This document shows, piece by piece, positions 38,885 through 48,936 of a DNA stretch of 64,000 nucleotides; position 1 is the stretch's first letter, and every line of letters starts with the position of its first letter. This DNA comes from an uncultured Sediminibacterium sp. GTDB taxonomy: Bacteria > Bacteroidota > Bacteroidia > Chitinophagales > Chitinophagaceae. The translations under genes were made by a program, and so were the position numbers. The notes under the pieces are model-generated. The model had not been told where the DNA came from and did not search any database. It saw only the letters and a list, made by a program, of their open reading frames with translations. The stretch covers positions 10,525 through 74,524 of the forward strand of contig CAZLKW010000001.1 in assembly GCA_964560215.1 (NCBI GenBank), written 5' to 3'.

Positions 38885-40591
38885 ATGAATCAAGGATTGC
38901 AAACCTATGACTACATTGTATTTGTACTGTATTTTATTTTAATCTCCTCCTATGGGATTTGGATTTATAGAAAAAAGAAAGCAGACACAACTAATACCAA
39001 GGATTTCTTCTTGGCCGAAGGTCAATTAACATGGTGGGCGATCGGTGCAAGTTTAATAGCATCCAATATATCTGCGGAGCAATTCATAGGCATGAGTGGT
39101 AATGGGTTTAGATTAGGTCTTGCTATATCTGTTTACGAATGGTTAGCTGCAGTCTCCTTGGTGGTAGTAGCGATTTTCTTTATGCCGGTTTATTTGAAGA
39201 ACCGCATTTACACCATGCCTCAATTTTTAAAAACAAGGTATAATGAAACAGTAGCGATGATCATGGCTATTTTTTGGTTGTTCTTGTACATTTTTGTGAA
39301 CCTAACTTCGATTTTATATTTAGGATCAATTGCAATTAATAATTTAACTGGCGGGGAACATTTTCATTTGATCATGATTGGACTTGCTGTATTTGCATTG
39401 TTCATTACGTTGGGAGGAATGAAAGTGATTGGATATACTGATGTATTTCAAGTGCTGATATTAACGGTAGGTGGCTTGATCACTACCTATATTGCATTAA
39501 CAGTGGTGAGTGAACAATTTGGTATGGGCAAGGATATGATTGCTGGCTTTAAACATTTAATGAAAGCAGCACCAGATCATTTTAAAATGATTTTTGATAA
39601 ACCTGGTCCTGGTTCAACACAAAAAGAGATTGAAGATTATTCAAGTTTGCCAGGTATAGCAATGATGGTTGCTGGTATTTGGATTGCGCATTTAAATTAT
39701 TGGGGATGTAATCAATATATTACTCAAAGAGCATTAGGGGCAGATTTAAAAACAGCAAGAACGGGTATTTTATTTGCTGCATTTTTAAAATTAATGATGC
39801 CAATTTTGGTCGTTGTTCCAGGTATTGCAGCTTATGTGTTATACCAAAATGGCGGATTGCAAACACAAATGATGACCAACGGAGTATTGAATCAAGACAA
39901 TGCTTATTCCTCTGTGGTAGGCTTCTTGCCTGTAGGCTTAAAAGGTTTATCTATGGCAGCTTTGACGGCAGCAATCGTAGCATCCTTGGCAGGAAAAGCA
40001 AATAGCATCTCAACCATTTATTCTTTAGATATTTATAAAAAATACATTAATAAAGATGCAACTGATACCAAGATTGTTACCACTGGCAGAGTGATTATTA
40101 TTCTTTCTTTATTAATTGCAATCGTGATTAACTGGAAAGATACTTTAGGTATTGGTGGCAAAGGTGGATTTGAATTTATTCAAAAATATACTGGGTATAT
40201 TTCTCCTGCTATTTTCCCAGTATTTCTTTTAGGCTTCTTCTGGAAAAAAGCAACTTCAAAAGCAGCTATCACAGGTATCTTTTTGGGTGTCGTACTTTCT
40301 GTGATTTTTGATAAGTTCTTGCCAGGATGGATGGGTAATGAAACCATTTTATATACGGCTTATCAAACTGCATCTGGTAGTTTTGAAATTCCTTATTTAA
40401 TTCAGATGGGCTGGGTATTTTGTTTCACAACTTTAGCGATCATCCTTATTAGTTTATTGGATGTGAAAGGTCAAAAGCACGAAAATGAAATTACAGAAGA
40501 CGAGGGACAGTTTAAATTATCCAATGCACACTTGGCGATGGTCATGCTTGTTTTAGGTGTGGTGATTGCGCTGTATATTAAATTCTGGTAG
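38885..40591 (+). CDS. Sodium:solute (sugar) symporter
   Basis: IASNISAEQFIGMSG, YWGCNQYITQRAL; multi-TM. Confidence 0.93.
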   Translation: MNQGLQTYDYIVFVLYFILISSYGIWIYRKKKADTTNTKDFFLAEGQLTWWAIGASLIASNISAEQFIGMSGNGFRLGLAISVYEWLAAVSLVVVAIFFMPVYLKNRIYTMPQFLKTRYNETVAMIMAIFWLFLYIFVNLTSILYLGSIAINNLTGGEHFHLIMIGLAVFALFITLGGMKVIGYTDVFQVLILTVGGLITTYIALTVVSEQFGMGKDMIAGFKHLMKAAPDHFKMIFDKPGPGSTQKEIEDYSSLPGIAMMVAGIWIAHLNYWGCNQYITQRALGADLKTARTGILFAAFLKLMMPILVVVPGIAAYVLYQNGGLQTQMMTNGVLNQDNAYSSVVGFLPVGLKGLSMAALTAAIVASLAGKANSISTIYSLDIYKKYINKDATDTKIVTTGRVIIILSLLIAIVINWKDTLGIGGKGGFEFIQKYTGYISPAIFPVFLLGFFWKKATSKAAITGIFLGVVLSVIFDKFLPGWMGNETILYTAYQTASGSFEIPYLIQMGWVFCFTTLAIILISLLDVKGQKHENEITEDEGQFKLSNAHLAMVMLVLGVVIALYIKFW

Positions 40592-40597
40592 GGTATC

Positions 40598-41020
40598 TTA
40601 AAATAACTGTAAGCTAAAATGGCCTATGGCTGTAAAAAGCGCGCAACGAATAAGTACGCCCATAGAACACCAAAAGACCATTTTATTAGTAGGCACATTA
40701 AAACCAACACCTACTCCAATACTTATTGGCGCACCAACTGTTATGGTGCCTAATAAGCCAAGTCCAATCACGCCATATTTTTCCCAGATTTTTAAAACAA
40801 ATCCAGGCTCTGACTTAGCAGGTTTTGGCTTTCTGAATTTATTAATCCATTTTTTAATGATGTCTCCAAGATAGGCTGCTACAAAAACACCTACTAAGCC
40901 TCCGATAGCGCTTGATAAGAAAATTACAAATGGAGAAAGCTTAAAAGCGAATCCTGCAGGAATGGCCGCATAAATTTCGAAAGTAGCGAGTCCTGCAACG
41001 GTTAATATTTTATACAGCAT
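40598..41020 (-). CDS. Small multi-drug export family membrane protein
   Basis: E.YAAIP.G and KYG..GL motifs. Confidence 0.65.
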   Translation of the reverse strand: MLYKILTVAGLATFEIYAAIPAGFAFKLSPFVIFLSSAIGGLVGVFVAAYLGDIIKKWINKFRKPKPAKSEPGFVLKIWEKYGVIGLGLLGTITVGAPISIGVGVGFNVPTNKMVFWCSMGVLIRCALFTAIGHFSLQLF

Positions 41021-41058
41021 TGTAAATTTTGAGTCCTAAAGCTAATCAATAATAGACC

Positions 41059-41089
41059 AAAAAAAGGGACTTAATATTAAGTCCCTTTT
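41059..41089 (-). terminator. Intrinsic terminator
   Basis: AAAAGGGACTTAATATTAAGTCCCTTTT palindrome. Confidence 0.8.
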
Positions 41090-41096
41090 AAATTTT

Positions 41097-41318
41097 TTAA
41101 GCTTTTTTCGGAGGCAATGCAAAAGCAGTTGCTTGATGTTCAAATTGGCCGTTGTGGGCGCCATCGCAGAATGGCTTATTCTTACTTAACCCACATCTAC
41201 AAAGACCTAGAACATTTCTTCCACCTAAATCGTAGGCATTACCTTCTCTATCTACGATTGTAAAATCTCCTTCTATTTTTAAAGAGCCATTGTTGTTGAC
41301 TGTAATTTTAGTTGACAT
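41097..41318 (-). CDS. CDGSH iron-sulfur domain protein
   Basis: LCRCGLSKNKPFCDGAH. Confidence 0.93.
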   Translation of the reverse strand: MSTKITVNNNGSLKIEGDFTIVDREGNAYDLGGRNVLGLCRCGLSKNKPFCDGAHNGQFEHQATAFALPPKKA

Positions 41319-41356
41319 ATTATTTATTTTAATTGAACTATAAAGATATTGATAAA

Positions 41357-42331
41357 TTAGTATAAATCTATTTTAGTTGCTTGAGAAGGATATTGAATTT
41401 TCAGGTTCAATTGATTCGCCTCTTGTATTTGTTGTTGAATATTTTTTTCACAATCAGTACAAGGTTTCAAATGGGTTATATAAATAGGTGTTTTCATCAA
41501 ATTGCCTTTCGATAAATTATTTAGTTTGCTTAATTCCTGCATGAACAATGTTGGGTTTAAATGACCAAACAAAGATTTTGCAGGCACGCTATTATCAAAA
41601 GACACTTCTATAAAAATGGCCTTAAGTTGCCCTTGAATGATCAAGGGTGCAATTGTTTCCCATAGCTGAAGCAACTGATTACTTTGCTCAATGCTATCAG
41701 CGCCTGTATCACCCAAGTATAGTAAATAGCTTGATTGATTACGTACTAAAAAGGCAGTACTCTCATAGGGCTTTACATGGCTTAGAATAAATGGGGTCAC
41801 AAATAGCCCTGTGCCTTCAATCGCTATTTCTTGCTTTGCTACTAGGGGAGCATAACTGTATTTTTTTAAAATAGGCGCTTCTCCTTCATTTCCAAAATTG
41901 GCCCATGCAGACCAGGTAAAATAATTCTTTTTAAACACTTCTAAAACCGATGGAAGCCCATATAATTTTTTTGACGCATCGTTGGGCGAATTCATTATCA
42001 ATCCAGCCGTATGGTCTAAGTGTGCATGAGAAATAAAATAACTATTGATTTGTTTTTGCTGGACAATAGAAGGATTGGTTTCTTTGAATAATTTTTTAGT
42101 AATTGCAAGATCTAATCCTTTATAAATCGTGCCCGCATCTAAACAAATATACTGTTCGCTCCCATTTGCTGCAACTAAATAAGCAGAAAGGTTTGACTCG
42201 TCTAATCCACCTTTTACACCAAGTGGGATGACTTTGAATCCTTGATTTGAATTGGAGACATTATTTGATTGCGCATGCACATTTGTAAAAGCAAAACAAA
42301 TAATCGATAAAAAGGAAAAAAATATTTTCAT
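41357..42331 (-). CDS. Class II cyclic-nucleotide phosphodiesterase (CpdP-like, MBL fold), exported
   Basis: LG..GG..E.NLSAY, HAHLDH, GDTG.D, IEVSF, LFGHL.P, THLK. Confidence 0.88.
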   Translation of the reverse strand: MKIFFSFLSIICFAFTNVHAQSNNVSNSNQGFKVIPLGVKGGLDESNLSAYLVAANGSEQYICLDAGTIYKGLDLAITKKLFKETNPSIVQQKQINSYFISHAHLDHTAGLIMNSPNDASKKLYGLPSVLEVFKKNYFTWSAWANFGNEGEAPILKKYSYAPLVAKQEIAIEGTGLFVTPFILSHVKPYESTAFLVRNQSSYLLYLGDTGADSIEQSNQLLQLWETIAPLIIQGQLKAIFIEVSFDNSVPAKSLFGHLNPTLFMQELSKLNNLSKGNLMKTPIYITHLKPCTDCEKNIQQQIQEANQLNLKIQYPSQATKIDLY

Positions 42332-42338
42332 AATTTAA

Positions 42339-42869
42339 TTAATCTATTGTTAAGAGCATATCGTAATTGCCGCCTTCATAGTCGAAATGTCCCATAAGTT
42401 TAAACCCATTTTTTAAATAAAATTGCACTGCAGGTATATTGGTACATTTTACACCACCCCATAATAAAATATTTATAGTAGACATTTCTTTTAATATTGC
42501 TGTTGTAAAATTTAACAACTTAGTCCCGATACCTGCATGATGATATTCGTCTGCCACTGATGGTGCAAAACAAGCGAATTTCCTTTCCTCATTATTAATT
42601 GCTTGACTATATTTTGCCCACCTTTCAATATCGTAATCAAATATCCATAATTGGGTTACTGCATAACCAATCACCTCTTCCGTATTTTTATCCATGGCTA
42701 GGATGGCTAGATAATGATCGTTTTCTAAAATATGATTTGACAGGTATTCGATTTCGAATGGATGTGGTGCAAATTTATGTTTACTATCAACGCTTAATTT
42801 CTGGTAGTAGTTAACAGTTGCTTGCACATCTGATTTTTTAGCAATACTTATGTATACTGATTGATTCAA
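42339..42869 (-). CDS. GNAT family N-acetyltransferase
   Basis: V..EYHHAGIG and N..A..FY.K.GF motifs; TTG start. Confidence 0.85.
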   Translation of the reverse strand: MNQSVYISIAKKSDVQATVNYYQKLSVDSKHKFAPHPFEIEYLSNHILENDHYLAILAMDKNTEEVIGYAVTQLWIFDYDIERWAKYSQAINNEERKFACFAPSVADEYHHAGIGTKLLNFTTAILKEMSTINILLWGGVKCTNIPAVQFYLKNGFKLMGHFDYEGGNYDMLLTID

Positions 42870-42911
42870 TCTTAGGTTTTGATAAAAGTACCAAATTTTG
42901 TAAATTCGAAC

Positions 42912-43877
42912 ATGAATAATTTATTGCGAAAGCTAATCCAAAGAATGGGCCTTTTGAAAGAGAAAGGTCATTCAAGCATGTCAAGTTATTCATATGCAAA
43001 AGCGTATTTGGATTTTTTAATTATTACAAAAGGCACAATTAAAGATATTGTCCTCATTACTATTGGTATTTTTTCGGCAAGTTTTGGTTTTAAAGGTTTT
43101 TTGATGTCAAATCATTTTATTGATGGTGGTGCAACTGGCATCTCTTTATTGATATCTAATTTAACTTCTATTCCATTGTATGTTTTACTCATTGTTATCA
43201 ATATTCCATTTATAGTTTTAGGATATCATATTATTGGCAAGCAATTTGCAATTCGAACTGCTTTAGCAATTATAGGTCTAGCGCTTTGCGTAGCTTATGT
43301 TGATTTTCCAATAGTAACGAACAATGATATTTTGGTGGCCATTTTTGGCGGTACTTTTTTAGGTGCTGGGATTGGCTTTTCAATCAGAGGAGGCGCAGTC
43401 ATAGATGGAACTGAAATTTTAGCTATTTATTTGAGTAAAAAGCTTGGTACAACCATTGGAGATATCATCATTGTAATTAACGTATTAATTTTTTCCGCAG
43501 CGATGTATTTCTTATCTGTTGAAATCGCCCTTTTTTCCATGGTAACTTATCTTTCTGCCTCAAAAACACTTGATTTTATTATTGAAGGTATTGACGAATA
43601 TATGGGGGTAACTATTGTCTCAACTCATTTTACAGAAATAAAGGAGATGATTATTAATAAAATGGGGAGAGGAATAACTGTTTATAAGGGTGAAAGAGGA
43701 TTTGGAACCAGGGGCGAGATGGGTGAAGTGAATATATTATATACAGTTGTTACTCGATTGGAGATGAATAAACTTAAAACTGAGATTGAACTTATTGATT
43801 CAAATGCATTCGTTGTGATGCATAGTGTTAAAGACACAAAGGGTGGAATGATCAAAAAGAAGCCATTGAAGCATTAA
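42912..43877 (+). CDS. YitT family membrane protein (DUF2179)
   Basis: DGGATGIS, NIPF, GG..DGTEILA, GRGIT...G..G, ID.NAF. Confidence 0.92.
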   Translation: MNNLLRKLIQRMGLLKEKGHSSMSSYSYAKAYLDFLIITKGTIKDIVLITIGIFSASFGFKGFLMSNHFIDGGATGISLLISNLTSIPLYVLLIVINIPFIVLGYHIIGKQFAIRTALAIIGLALCVAYVDFPIVTNNDILVAIFGGTFLGAGIGFSIRGGAVIDGTEILAIYLSKKLGTTIGDIIIVINVLIFSAAMYFLSVEIALFSMVTYLSASKTLDFIIEGIDEYMGVTIVSTHFTEIKEMIINKMGRGITVYKGERGFGTRGEMGEVNILYTVVTRLEMNKLKTEIELIDSNAFVVMHSVKDTKGGMIKKKPLKH

Positions 43878-43917
43878 TGGCTTAAAATAGTTTCATATTA
43901 TTTATATAGAGTCACTT

Positions 43918-43953
43918 AAAAAGCCCCTATGCAGACATGCATAGGGGCTTTTT
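43918..43953. terminator. Bidirectional terminator
   Basis: A5-GCCCCTATGCA-gaca-TGCATAGGGGC-T5. Confidence 0.9.
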
Positions 43954-43974
43954 AAGTATTATTGAAATTGTCAT

Positions 43975-44487
43975 TTATTTCGGTAATACCACAGCATCTA
44001 CTACATGGATTAAGCCATTGTTCGCAGCTAAATCTGTAGCAACTACAGTTGAAACACCACCTTTTTCGTCAGTTAAGATAACTTTTCCTTCTTTGATAGA
44101 AGCAACTAAGTTGCCACCGCTAACAGTCTTTAATGTAAATGAACCCCCGCCATCTTTAATTGCTTTTACGACAGCTGCTGCATTGAAGCTACCTGCCACA
44201 ACGTGGTAAGTTAAAATTTTAGCTAAAGTTGCTTTGTTTTCTGCTTTTAATAGGAACTCAACTGTACCTGCTGGAAGTTTTGCAAATGCAGCATTAGTTG
44301 GTGCAAATACAGTAAAAGGACCAGCGCTTTGTAAAGTTGCTACTAGGTCAGCGGCTTTAACAGCTGCAACTAAAGTTGTATGATCTTTTGATCCTACAGC
44401 AACGTCTACAATTGTCTTTTGAGCATTAACGGTGACAGTACTAGATACTATTGCAAATAATGCAAGTAATAAATTTTTGATTTTCAT
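43975..44487 (-). CDS. Fasciclin (FAS1) domain protein
   Basis: GPFTVFAPTNAAF, ILTYHVV, NGLIHVVDAVVLP. Confidence 0.95.
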   Translation of the reverse strand: MKIKNLLLALFAIVSSTVTVNAQKTIVDVAVGSKDHTTLVAAVKAADLVATLQSAGPFTVFAPTNAAFAKLPAGTVEFLLKAENKATLAKILTYHVVAGSFNAAAVVKAIKDGGGSFTLKTVSGGNLVASIKEGKVILTDEKGGVSTVVATDLAANNGLIHVVDAVVLPK

Positions 44488-44660
44488 TTTTGTTGTTTTA
44501 ACTATTAACACATGTTTTATTGAATTGTTTAGTTAATTTTTATTTAAAGGCATAATAAATGTTTACTTGCTTGACTGTCAAGCAAGTAACGGAAATATTA
44601 TTTTTATTAAACTTATTAGGAGAATTTAAGTGTATATTTAGATACAATCACAAATTTAAA

Positions 44661-44843
44661 ATGTTAAAGAAACTAACTACATCCGATATCTTAATGCTAA
44701 TAGCAGCGTTTTCATCCCTCATTTTTTCCGAGCTATTATGGTTTAAGGGCGAAAAAGAAGCTGCTATTTTTATTGGACTATGGGTTCCCTCAATTTTAGG
44801 GTTCGCAATTTTCTTAAAATTAATAAACAAACAAAATGATTGA
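44661..44843 (+). CDS. 60-aa two-TM small membrane protein
   Basis: ATG 44661; hydrophobic, AAIFIGLWVPSIL segment. Confidence 0.7.
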   Translation: MLKKLTTSDILMLIAAFSSLIFSELLWFKGEKEAAIFIGLWVPSILGFAIFLKLINKQND

Positions 44844-44931
44844 TATTATACCTTATTTCGCTGCTTTGATCACTTTGTTATTTGGTGTCGCTTTCGTTTT
44901 ATCGCTTAACAAGTATAAAGGATATAAATAA
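44836..44931 (+). CDS. 31-aa single-TM small protein
   Basis: MIDIIPYFAALITLLFGVAFVLSLNKYKGYK; start overlaps upstream stop (ATGATTGA) and stop is 9 nt before the next ATG. Confidence 0.55.
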   Translation: MIDIIPYFAALITLLFGVAFVLSLNKYKGYK

Positions 44932-44940
44932 TAAACTTTT

Positions 44941-45822
44941 ATGACTAAGTTTTTACAAATTGCTAGTAATTACTTTGATAGATACTTTAGTCCAGAAGTA
45001 ATTAGGAAAATTGAATTGATACTATTAAGGTTAGCAGTTTTCTCTTTTGTCCTTCATTTATTAATTATTTATTTAGGGAATCAATTTCCCTATTTTGAAA
45101 ATTTTCAACATAGTTACTTAAAAGCTATTTATACGCCTTTTAGTTTTATTCTATTTTATGAAGTTTTTCTTCTAGTGATCATTATACCAAATTCTATCTC
45201 AGAATTTATCGGGAAACAATTTGAAGTAATTACATTAATTACATTAAGAAGTTTTTTCCACGATATTGCCGACTTTGATGTTCATGAAACAATTGATTTT
45301 CAGAATCCCGCTTTTATTAGTTTATTGTATGATCTAGGGGCTTCAATTATTATGCTTGGACTCACTATAGCCTATTATAAAATTTATCATACCAATAATA
45401 AGATAGAAGGGATTAAAGAATTAAGTAAGTTTATCAATATCAAAAAAGTAGTTTCATTGAGTATGATCATAGTGTTATTTGTATTAAGTATTACGAGTTT
45501 GTTTAATTGGTCTGTAGATATGTTAGAAGCGCTAAAAATTAATGACCATTACCCAAATCCAAATACTGTTTTTTACGAAGACTTTTTCTCAATCATGATC
45601 TTTGTGGATGTTTTATTGCTGATTATCTCTTTTACTTATCATTCCTCGTTTTTTATCATATTTCGGAATGCTAGTTTTATTATTACTACTATATTACTTA
45701 GGATGTCCTTGACTATAGAAAAGCCAATGAACTATTTTATAATCATCATCGGATTTTTATTCGCAATCCTATCCTTCTTTTTATATAGATATAGAAATGT
45801 CCATAATAAGAGTGACCATTAG
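44941..45822 (+). CDS. Hypothetical polytopic membrane protein
   Basis: Long ORF with about 8 hydrophobic segments. Confidence 0.7.
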   Translation: MTKFLQIASNYFDRYFSPEVIRKIELILLRLAVFSFVLHLLIIYLGNQFPYFENFQHSYLKAIYTPFSFILFYEVFLLVIIIPNSISEFIGKQFEVITLITLRSFFHDIADFDVHETIDFQNPAFISLLYDLGASIIMLGLTIAYYKIYHTNNKIEGIKELSKFINIKKVVSLSMIIVLFVLSITSLFNWSVDMLEALKINDHYPNPNTVFYEDFFSIMIFVDVLLLIISFTYHSSFFIIFRNASFIITTILLRMSLTIEKPMNYFIIIIGFLFAILSFFLYRYRNVHNKSDH

Positions 45823-45858
45823 TTTTAAAACTGAGAAACTTATCTATTCAGTATATTT

Positions 45859-46308
45859 TTAAGAGAACACCCTCAAATTATTTCCACTTAAAACAGTTTT
45901 ATATTGTTTTAATGGAGCCCCAGCTGGTCCATTAAGAACTGTTCCGTTGGTGCTAAATGTTGAGCCATGTCCTGAACAATAGAACCTATTGTTGTTGGCT
46001 TCAAAATCTAGTGTTACTTGTTGGTGGGTACAGATAGAACTAACAGCTATGAATTCGTTGTTCAAAGTTCTTGCTATGATAATATTATTTGTTCTATCAA
46101 TATAAAAACCCCCAGCAGTGTTTAAATTTGTATAGGGCGCCACAGATATATTAATAGTAAAGTCAATATTTTTAATGGTGTTATTGTTAGATCCACTAGG
46201 CTCATTGGGTGTGGCAGTTTCTGATTTGGAACAAGATTGCATACAACCAAAGACTAGGACGCTAGCAACACTTAATCCTACTTTTTCAATAAAATCTTTC
46301 CTTTCCAT
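45859..46308 (-). CDS. Rieske [2Fe-2S] lipoprotein
   Basis: ERKDF Tat-like N-terminus plus Cys lipobox; CTH and CSGHGS. Confidence 0.9.
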   Translation of the reverse strand: MERKDFIEKVGLSVASVLVFGCMQSCSKSETATPNEPSGSNNNTIKNIDFTINISVAPYTNLNTAGGFYIDRTNNIIIARTLNNEFIAVSSICTHQQVTLDFEANNNRFYCSGHGSTFSTNGTVLNGPAGAPLKQYKTVLSGNNLRVFS

Positions 46309-46390
46309 ACTTTTAATTTTTATTAAACAACAATTTCTTTCGAATATTGTTTAATAAAGTAGCCTTTCAAACTCTTTTATCTATAAGTCT

Positions 46391-47032
46391 ATGATTAATA
46401 AATTGATTTTCAGCAAGTTCCTATTTATGCTATTTATATTGAATTCAATTTCGATAACAACTAATGCGCAAACTGACTCTCTGTTGCAAAACTTACTCAA
46501 TGATGAAGTAGTAGATACCACGTTACTCAAGCCTTCAAAAATGCTATTTACACAACGTATGATATGGGGTGAAGCTGGAATATTGAAAAATAGATATGAT
46601 AAGAATATACTAGTAGAAGTTCGTAAAAATGATTTAAAAATTCGTAGAACTATGCTACAGATGCATCAAGTGGGTGGCTTAATAACTTTAGGCGGTATGC
46701 TTGCTCAAGGTATTATTGGGAGCCAATTATATAAAGGAGACTACGGTCTAAGAAAAACTCATGAACAAGTAGGATTAGGCGTTAACATAGCGTATGGTTT
46801 TACAGCAATAAACGGCTTATTCACACCTCCTTCCACTTTTCAAAGAGATAAAAAAATTACCTCTATAAGATTACATAAGTGGTTAGCAATTGCGCATTTA
46901 TCAGGCATGCTTGCAACCAATATTCTAGGTCCACAAATAAAAAACAATTACGCGCTTAAACCTTATCACCGTGCAGCTGCTTATACTAGCTTTGTTAGTC
47001 TAGCAGCTGCAATGGTTGTTATTAAATTTTAA
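46391..47032 (+). CDS. Four-TM protein with conserved-looking His residues (cytochrome b-like candidate)
   Basis: His at the start of each TM: LQMHQ, KTHE, RLHKW, PYHR. Confidence 0.5.
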   Translation: MINKLIFSKFLFMLFILNSISITTNAQTDSLLQNLLNDEVVDTTLLKPSKMLFTQRMIWGEAGILKNRYDKNILVEVRKNDLKIRRTMLQMHQVGGLITLGGMLAQGIIGSQLYKGDYGLRKTHEQVGLGVNIAYGFTAINGLFTPPSTFQRDKKITSIRLHKWLAIAHLSGMLATNILGPQIKNNYALKPYHRAAAYTSFVSLAAAMVVIKF

Positions 47033-47035
47033 TTT

Positions 47036-47557
47036 ATGTTTCTACAGTTATTCATTTCTTTATTTCTCTTTTTTTCTTACAATCAAAGTCCATCAAAACA
47101 GCTCACAGATTCTTATGTTATTTATGCAATGAAGCACAAACTTCATGCCTGGGAAGGGACTAATGATAAAATCAATGTTGCCACTAAATGGGATGATAAA
47201 AATGAATTAGAGCAAATCTCTGTCTTGATCAAAGTGAGTCATTTCAATAGTGGTTTATCTAATAGAGACAGTCACATGTTAGAGGTACTAGACGCAATCA
47301 CTTATCCTAATATCACATTTAGTAGCACGTCATTAATCAAGACAACAACAGGTGTTATTGCGAAAGGTCGATTACAATTTCATGGAGTTTCAAAAGAAAT
47401 CCAAGTACCCGTTGAATTAGAAAAAACGAATGAGTTTAAAAAATTCAAAGGAAATTTCTCTATTCTCTTGGATGACTACAAAATTACTAGACCTAGTCTT
47501 TTGTTTGTGAAAGTAGACAATGAATTAAAAATACGTTTTCAATTTTCATTGAAGTAA
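47036..47557 (+). CDS. YceI family protein
   Basis: FNSGLSNRDSHM, YPNITF, G.L.FHGV.K. Confidence 0.9.
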   Translation: MFLQLFISLFLFFSYNQSPSKQLTDSYVIYAMKHKLHAWEGTNDKINVATKWDDKNELEQISVLIKVSHFNSGLSNRDSHMLEVLDAITYPNITFSSTSLIKTTTGVIAKGRLQFHGVSKEIQVPVELEKTNEFKKFKGNFSILLDDYKITRPSLLFVKVDNELKIRFQFSLK

Positions 47558-47677
47558 GTTTATCACGACTGCCTTAATGAGGCATCTTAATAATTGACAA
47601 GAATAATATTAAAATAGGCTTGTACTACTATCAATTGTTAGCTTTAAATTTATTAATTAGTACGTTTTGATTTTATA

Positions 47678-47709
47678 AATCCAGCTAGTTTACTAGCTGG
47701 ATTTTTTTT
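47678..47709 (+). terminator. Intrinsic terminator
   Basis: AATCCAGCTAGT-tt-ACTAGCTGGATT plus T run. Confidence 0.8.
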
Positions 47710-47804
47710 GTATTATGCAATTTGTACTCAACTATAGAACTATATTTTTTTAATCTATCTTAATATTAGTATATTTAGGTACACAAGAACTAATCGCCAT
47801 AAGC

Positions 47805-48932
47805 ATGCTAATAGGAGTTGTAAAAGAAACTAAAGATTTTGAAAAAAGAGTAGCCTTAACACCTGATATTGTTAAGCAGCTCATTAAAAAAGGTTTTACT
47901 ATTCAAGTGGAAGAGGGAGCAGGTCTATCTTCATCATTTACTGATATAGACTATTTGAATGCCGGCGCTAAAATTGTAACTAAAAACGAGGTATATACAG
48001 CTAAAATATTACTTAAAGTCAATGTGTTTACTATACTAGAAGTGCAACAAATGCAACCTGAAAGTATCTGTATTTCATTTATGTACGCCTACACGCAACC
48101 TGAAATTGTCCAAGCTTTAATGGATAAAAAAATTAGCTCATTTTCCATGGATGCAGTCCCAAGGATATCAAGGGCTCAAAAAATGGATGCATTAAGTTCT
48201 CAAGCAAATTTGGCTGGCTATAAGGCGGTTTTGTTAGGTGCTAATGCTTTGACAAAAATATTCCCATTAATGATGACTGCCGCAGGGACGATAACGCCTG
48301 CAAAAGTGCTAATTTTTGGTGCTGGTGTTGCAGGTTTACAGGCTATTGCGACTGCTAAACGTTTGGGTGCAATTGTAGAAGTGAGTGATGTTAGGCCCGA
48401 AACAAAAGAACAAGTAGAATCTTTAGGTGGACGTTTTTTAACTGTAGAAGGAGCGGATGCAGTCAAGGTAGAAGGAGGATATGCAAGTGAAATTTCTGCA
48501 GAATTTTTAGCTAAGCAAAAAATGTTAATCGAAGACAAAATTAAAGATTCAGATCTAGTAATAACAACGGCATTAGTCATAGGGAAAAAAGCCCCAATAT
48601 TAGTGACAGAAGATATGGTGAAGTCAATGAAGCCAGGCACTGTCATTGTAGACTTAGCAGTAGAGTCTGGAGGGAATTGTAGTTTATCAGAATTTAGTAA
48701 AACAGTTGTGCAACATGGCGTAACAATCATCGGAGAAGCTAATTTACCTTCTTTGTTATCCACTAATGCAAGCCAATTATATGCAACGAATATTAGCGCC
48801 TTGCTTTTACATTTAGCAAGTGCTGAAACTTTTCATTGGGATATGGAAGAGGAAATTACCAAAGGTGCTTTAATAACACACCAGGGTAGTTTAGTACATG
48901 GTTTTACCAAACAAAATTTACAAAAGAATTAA
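47805..48932 (+). CDS. pntA: NAD(P) transhydrogenase alpha subunit, soluble part
   Basis: EKRVALTP, PRISRAQKMDALSSQAN, GAGVAGLQAIATA, GGYA. Confidence 0.95.
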   Translation: MLIGVVKETKDFEKRVALTPDIVKQLIKKGFTIQVEEGAGLSSSFTDIDYLNAGAKIVTKNEVYTAKILLKVNVFTILEVQQMQPESICISFMYAYTQPEIVQALMDKKISSFSMDAVPRISRAQKMDALSSQANLAGYKAVLLGANALTKIFPLMMTAAGTITPAKVLIFGAGVAGLQAIATAKRLGAIVEVSDVRPETKEQVESLGGRFLTVEGADAVKVEGGYASEISAEFLAKQKMLIEDKIKDSDLVITTALVIGKKAPILVTEDMVKSMKPGTVIVDLAVESGGNCSLSEFSKTVVQHGVTIIGEANLPSLLSTNASQLYATNISALLLHLASAETFHWDMEEEITKGALITHQGSLVHGFTKQNLQKN

Positions 48933-48936
48933 TTTT

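Noticed and set aside
48218-48763. 181-aa antisense ORF and similar short nested ORFs in the track
   Set aside because: Antisense shadows of well-supported genes such as pntA, with no motifs of their own
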